From a virus (lineage: Duplodnaviria > Caudoviricetes), in IMG/VR virus record IMGVR_UViG_3300017914_001352, positions 1 through 57,283 of that record: a stretch of 57,283 nt of DNA; one strand, given 5' to 3'. Position 1 is the first letter of the stretch, and the number at the start of each line of letters is the position of its first letter. Positions 54,985-57,283 of the stretch are shown here, piece by piece. The position numbers and the translations under genes were made by a program. The notes beneath the pieces are model-generated. The model had not been told where the DNA came from and ran no database searches. It worked only from the letters and a program-made list of their open reading frames with translations.

Positions 54985-56082
54985 TTATTTAAATCTCATC
55001 ATGCCGTCATTCTTGAAGAGGGCGTTCATGATTTGGTTCTCTAATTGATTAGTCTCTCCTTTAGTTTGTTGATTAGGTGATGTAGCATCAATGTTTGCTG
55101 CTCTCTGAACGATTTTCTTTTGTCCCTTACCTAAACCATATTGGTAGGCAGCACGAACAATGCCTTCGATATTATCGATAACCGCTCTATGAGAACTCAA
55201 CAATTCATGATTCCACTCCCCCTGATCATTTACATAAGGGTCAAAGAACTCATCAAGTCGAGAGTTTTTGTCCTTTAGTTGATTCTTGTAATCGTCTTTT
55301 AAAGTAAAGGTAAATTCATCACCCTTGCCTAATTCAAATGTCAAGCCTTCGATATTATCTACAGTGCTAGACATAGACGAAATCCACGAGTCATCTATTG
55401 GACTTTCAGCCTCTTGAGCAGTCTCTTGCTGTACGGGGAGCTTGAATCCATTTCGGACATTGTCGATCTCCTTGCGTGCAGCCTTCGCATCTAGTTTCAA
55501 TTGCAATTTAGAAAACTCAATCTCATCGTTCTCAAAACGATTTTCATCAAGTTTGTACTTCCTTGAAATCAAAAGGTCTAGTTCAGATTGATTAAGATCA
55601 GGATTCTGTTGGGCTAGACTAATACGCACTACTGTCATGTCATCCATTTCGGATGGGTTAAGTTGTTGGTAGCGGAACCAGTCTTCGGGGCTTCGACCCG
55701 TTTGCTCTACAAAATCGGCAATAACCTTAATTGCTTCTGGCAACTCATTTGGCTCTGGTTGAGGTGTACTAGATTGAATGTCTTCCCACGAACTATGTTC
55801 TACGCCGAATTTCTCATTGTAGTATTGTAGCATAAGTGAGTCAACATCTACATCTTCGTCTACCTCGTTTGTCAAAGAACTTTCCGTTTCAGCAACGGGT
55901 TGCTCAATATCTTCTTGCACAGGCTCTTGTACGCTTTCTTGTACTTCTTCCTGTACTTCATTTACTTCTTGTGGTTGCGACTCTTGAGGTTGAGCATCTG
56001 ATTCAAAGTTTGGAGTGTCACTAATCTCGACTCCCATTGCAGATGCTGCCTGCTCAAGTGAAGATTGAATTGAACTAGCCAT
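54985..56082 (-). CDS. Capsid scaffolding protein
   Basis: Very acidic, low-complexity N-terminus; immediately upstream of MCP; promoter at 56106-56113. Confidence 0.7.
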   Translation of the reverse strand: MASSIQSSLEQAASAMGVEISDTPNFESDAQPQESQPQEVNEVQEEVQESVQEPVQEDIEQPVAETESSLTNEVDEDVDVDSLMLQYYNEKFGVEHSSWEDIQSSTPQPEPNELPEAIKVIADFVEQTGRSPEDWFRYQQLNPSEMDDMTVVRISLAQQNPDLNQSELDLLISRKYKLDENRFENDEIEFSKLQLKLDAKAARKEIDNVRNGFKLPVQQETAQEAESPIDDSWISSMSSTVDNIEGLTFELGKGDEFTFTLKDDYKNQLKDKNSRLDEFFDPYVNDQGEWNHELLSSHRAVIDNIEGIVRAAYQYGLGKGQKKIVQRAANIDATSPNQQTKGETNQLENQIMNALFKNDGMMRFK

Positions 56083-56206
56083 ATGGATATATTTAAATTA
56101 TGATACAAATATACCTATTAATATAATTTTTTTGGTTGGGGGGTTGTATATGTGGAAAAGAAGTGTTAGTATTGTTAATATAATTAACCAATTAAATTCA
56201 ATAATC

Positions 56207-56566
56207 ATGAAAAGAATGATGTTGGCTGTCCTAATTTTCCTAGGAGTAACAGCAAAGGGACAAGAAGTCCCATCGAGAATCCAAGAAGTATTTGATGCTA
56301 CAAACATCGAAACCACCTTTTACAAAGAGGGCTGGTACAGATACGATGTATCTAGTGCTGATGATTTGATTAGTTTACAAAACGATCTATTTGAGTCTTG
56401 TGAAAGTTGGAGTAATGCTCCTTTATTATGGGAGGAGCTTATAGTAGCAAGAGAATTTGATTACGATGATTGGGTCGTGATTCTAGCCGTAATTGAAAAA
56501 GAGCAAGAAGGTTACTACGAAATTGTAGGCGACATCATGCAAAAGGGAATTGCGGTAAATCAATAG
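56207..56566 (+). CDS. Secreted acidic protein (signal peptide MKRMMLAVLIFLGVTAKG), counter-oriented
   Basis: ORF track 56132..56566; ATG 56207 follows an AT-rich TIR. Confidence 0.6.
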   Translation: MKRMMLAVLIFLGVTAKGQEVPSRIQEVFDATNIETTFYKEGWYRYDVSSADDLISLQNDLFESCESWSNAPLLWEELIVAREFDYDDWVVILAVIEKEQEGYYEIVGDIMQKGIAVNQ

Positions 56567-56620
56567 TTGTTTTAGGGTGGATACCGATTAATAGGTTTTT
56601 TGGTTTGACTGATCGGTATC

Positions 56621-56650
56621 AAAAAGAAGAGGGGCTAACGCCCCTCTTTT
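56621..56650. terminator. Bidirectional intrinsic terminator
   Basis: AAAAAGAAGAGGGGC-TAAC-GCCCCTCTTTT between convergent genes. Confidence 0.8.
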
Positions 56651-57210
56651 TATTTCGCCTTACCAACTGTGTATACAGCGTTTAGTCCCGGTCGATCCGT
56701 GGTGAATGTAAGACCACGCTCTTCCATAGCAGCCTTCATCTCTGGACTTACTCTATCGCGCGTTCTCGTGTTTCGATAGTCGCTTACGAGAACACCTTTG
56801 TCGTAGAGCTGGTTGCCTAAAGTACTAGAAAAGCCCTTTTTATATAGAACTTGAAGCAATTTTTTCTGTGAGGCATCTAATCCAGACTTGTCTCCTGTAA
56901 TAGCAGCATTAACAATTTTATCCATTCCTGGTTGATTACCTAACAGGCGTTGAGCAATACCTTTTCCGATTTCAAGTTGAGCATTTTCAAAGTCTTCTGC
57001 ACTTACACCATCAGCCATATATCCATGAGTCTCGTATTCGTCTTGGTCACCAAAGCCAAAACTAACAGTCTTACCAACCACTTCTGGATCCATTGGGTCT
57101 TTGCCCATGTCGGTTGAACCACCACCTGGTTTTTTCTTTCCTTTGTCGCCTCCTGTTACGGAACCGCCCTCTTCGTATTTTGCGATTTCTGCTTTCATAG
57201 CATCACGCAT
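56650..57210 (-). CDS. 3' part of the junction-spanning protein beginning at 605
   Basis: ORF track; N-terminal residues duplicate the end of the 605->1 frame. Confidence 0.75.
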   Translation of the reverse strand: MRDAMKAEIAKYEEGGSVTGGDKGKKKPGGGSTDMGKDPMDPEVVGKTVSFGFGDQDEYETHGYMADGVSAEDFENAQLEIGKGIAQRLLGNQPGMDKIVNAAITGDKSGLDASQKKLLQVLYKKGFSSTLGNQLYDKGVLVSDYRNTRTRDRVSPEMKAAMEERGLTFTTDRPGLNAVYTVGKAK

Positions 57211-57283
57211 CTCTTTCCTTTAAGCAAGACCCGTAATTACCGCACCTGCTTCGCCATCCCTCCCATCAGACGCTCCGCCTTTC
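57140..57283. repeat. Imperfect terminal repeat, right copy
   Basis: See 1-144. Confidence 0.9.

Noticed and set aside
1-57283. Genome-wide TAG reassignment as in some crAss-like phages
   Set aside because: Long genes are intact in code 11 and many end in TAG directly before the next gene or terminator; only one internal amber was seen

Overview
This window is almost certainly a complete (circular or terminally overlapping) ~57.1 kb genome of a tailed, podovirus-like phage of Bacteroidota, probably an aquatic flavobacterial host. Its structural module resembles Crassvirales-type phages, but I see no RNA polymerase, DNA polymerase, integrase or tRNA. Bases 1-144 are an imperfect copy of 57140-57283, and one ORF reads across that junction. 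Layout: minus-strand late/structural genes at 32.7-57.3 kb and 1-19.9 kb (scaffold, major capsid, tail ring and nozzle, ejection proteins including a 3303-aa polyvalent protein, holin, endolysin, TerL, portal, fibres); plus-strand early and replication genes at 19.9-32.7 kb (annealing protein, exonuclease, Dcm, primase-helicase, nucleases). Host assignment rests on many TAnnTTTG (-7) promoters and a BT4734/VirE-type primase. The most striking candidate system is a collagen-modification locus. A 745-aa protein fuses a GT4-like domain, a GT25 (COLGALT-family) domain and a PLOD-like lysyl hydroxylase domain. It is encoded just downstream of a collagen-like tail fibre in which every triple-helix Lys and Pro lies in the Gly-X-Y Y position, the position hydroxylated in animal collagen. 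Other notable items: an M.EcoHK31I-style beta subunit overprinted inside the Dcm gene; two early leaders with hairpin + boxA-like antitermination elements; a recurrent basic-Y/F-x-x-GG tag on unrelated late proteins; a stand-alone peptide resembling the NrdA C-terminal redox tail; an outer-membrane beta-barrel/thioredoxin-fold module; and a (GA)n-bracketed inverted cassette. All family calls come from motif recognition by eye, not from database searches.
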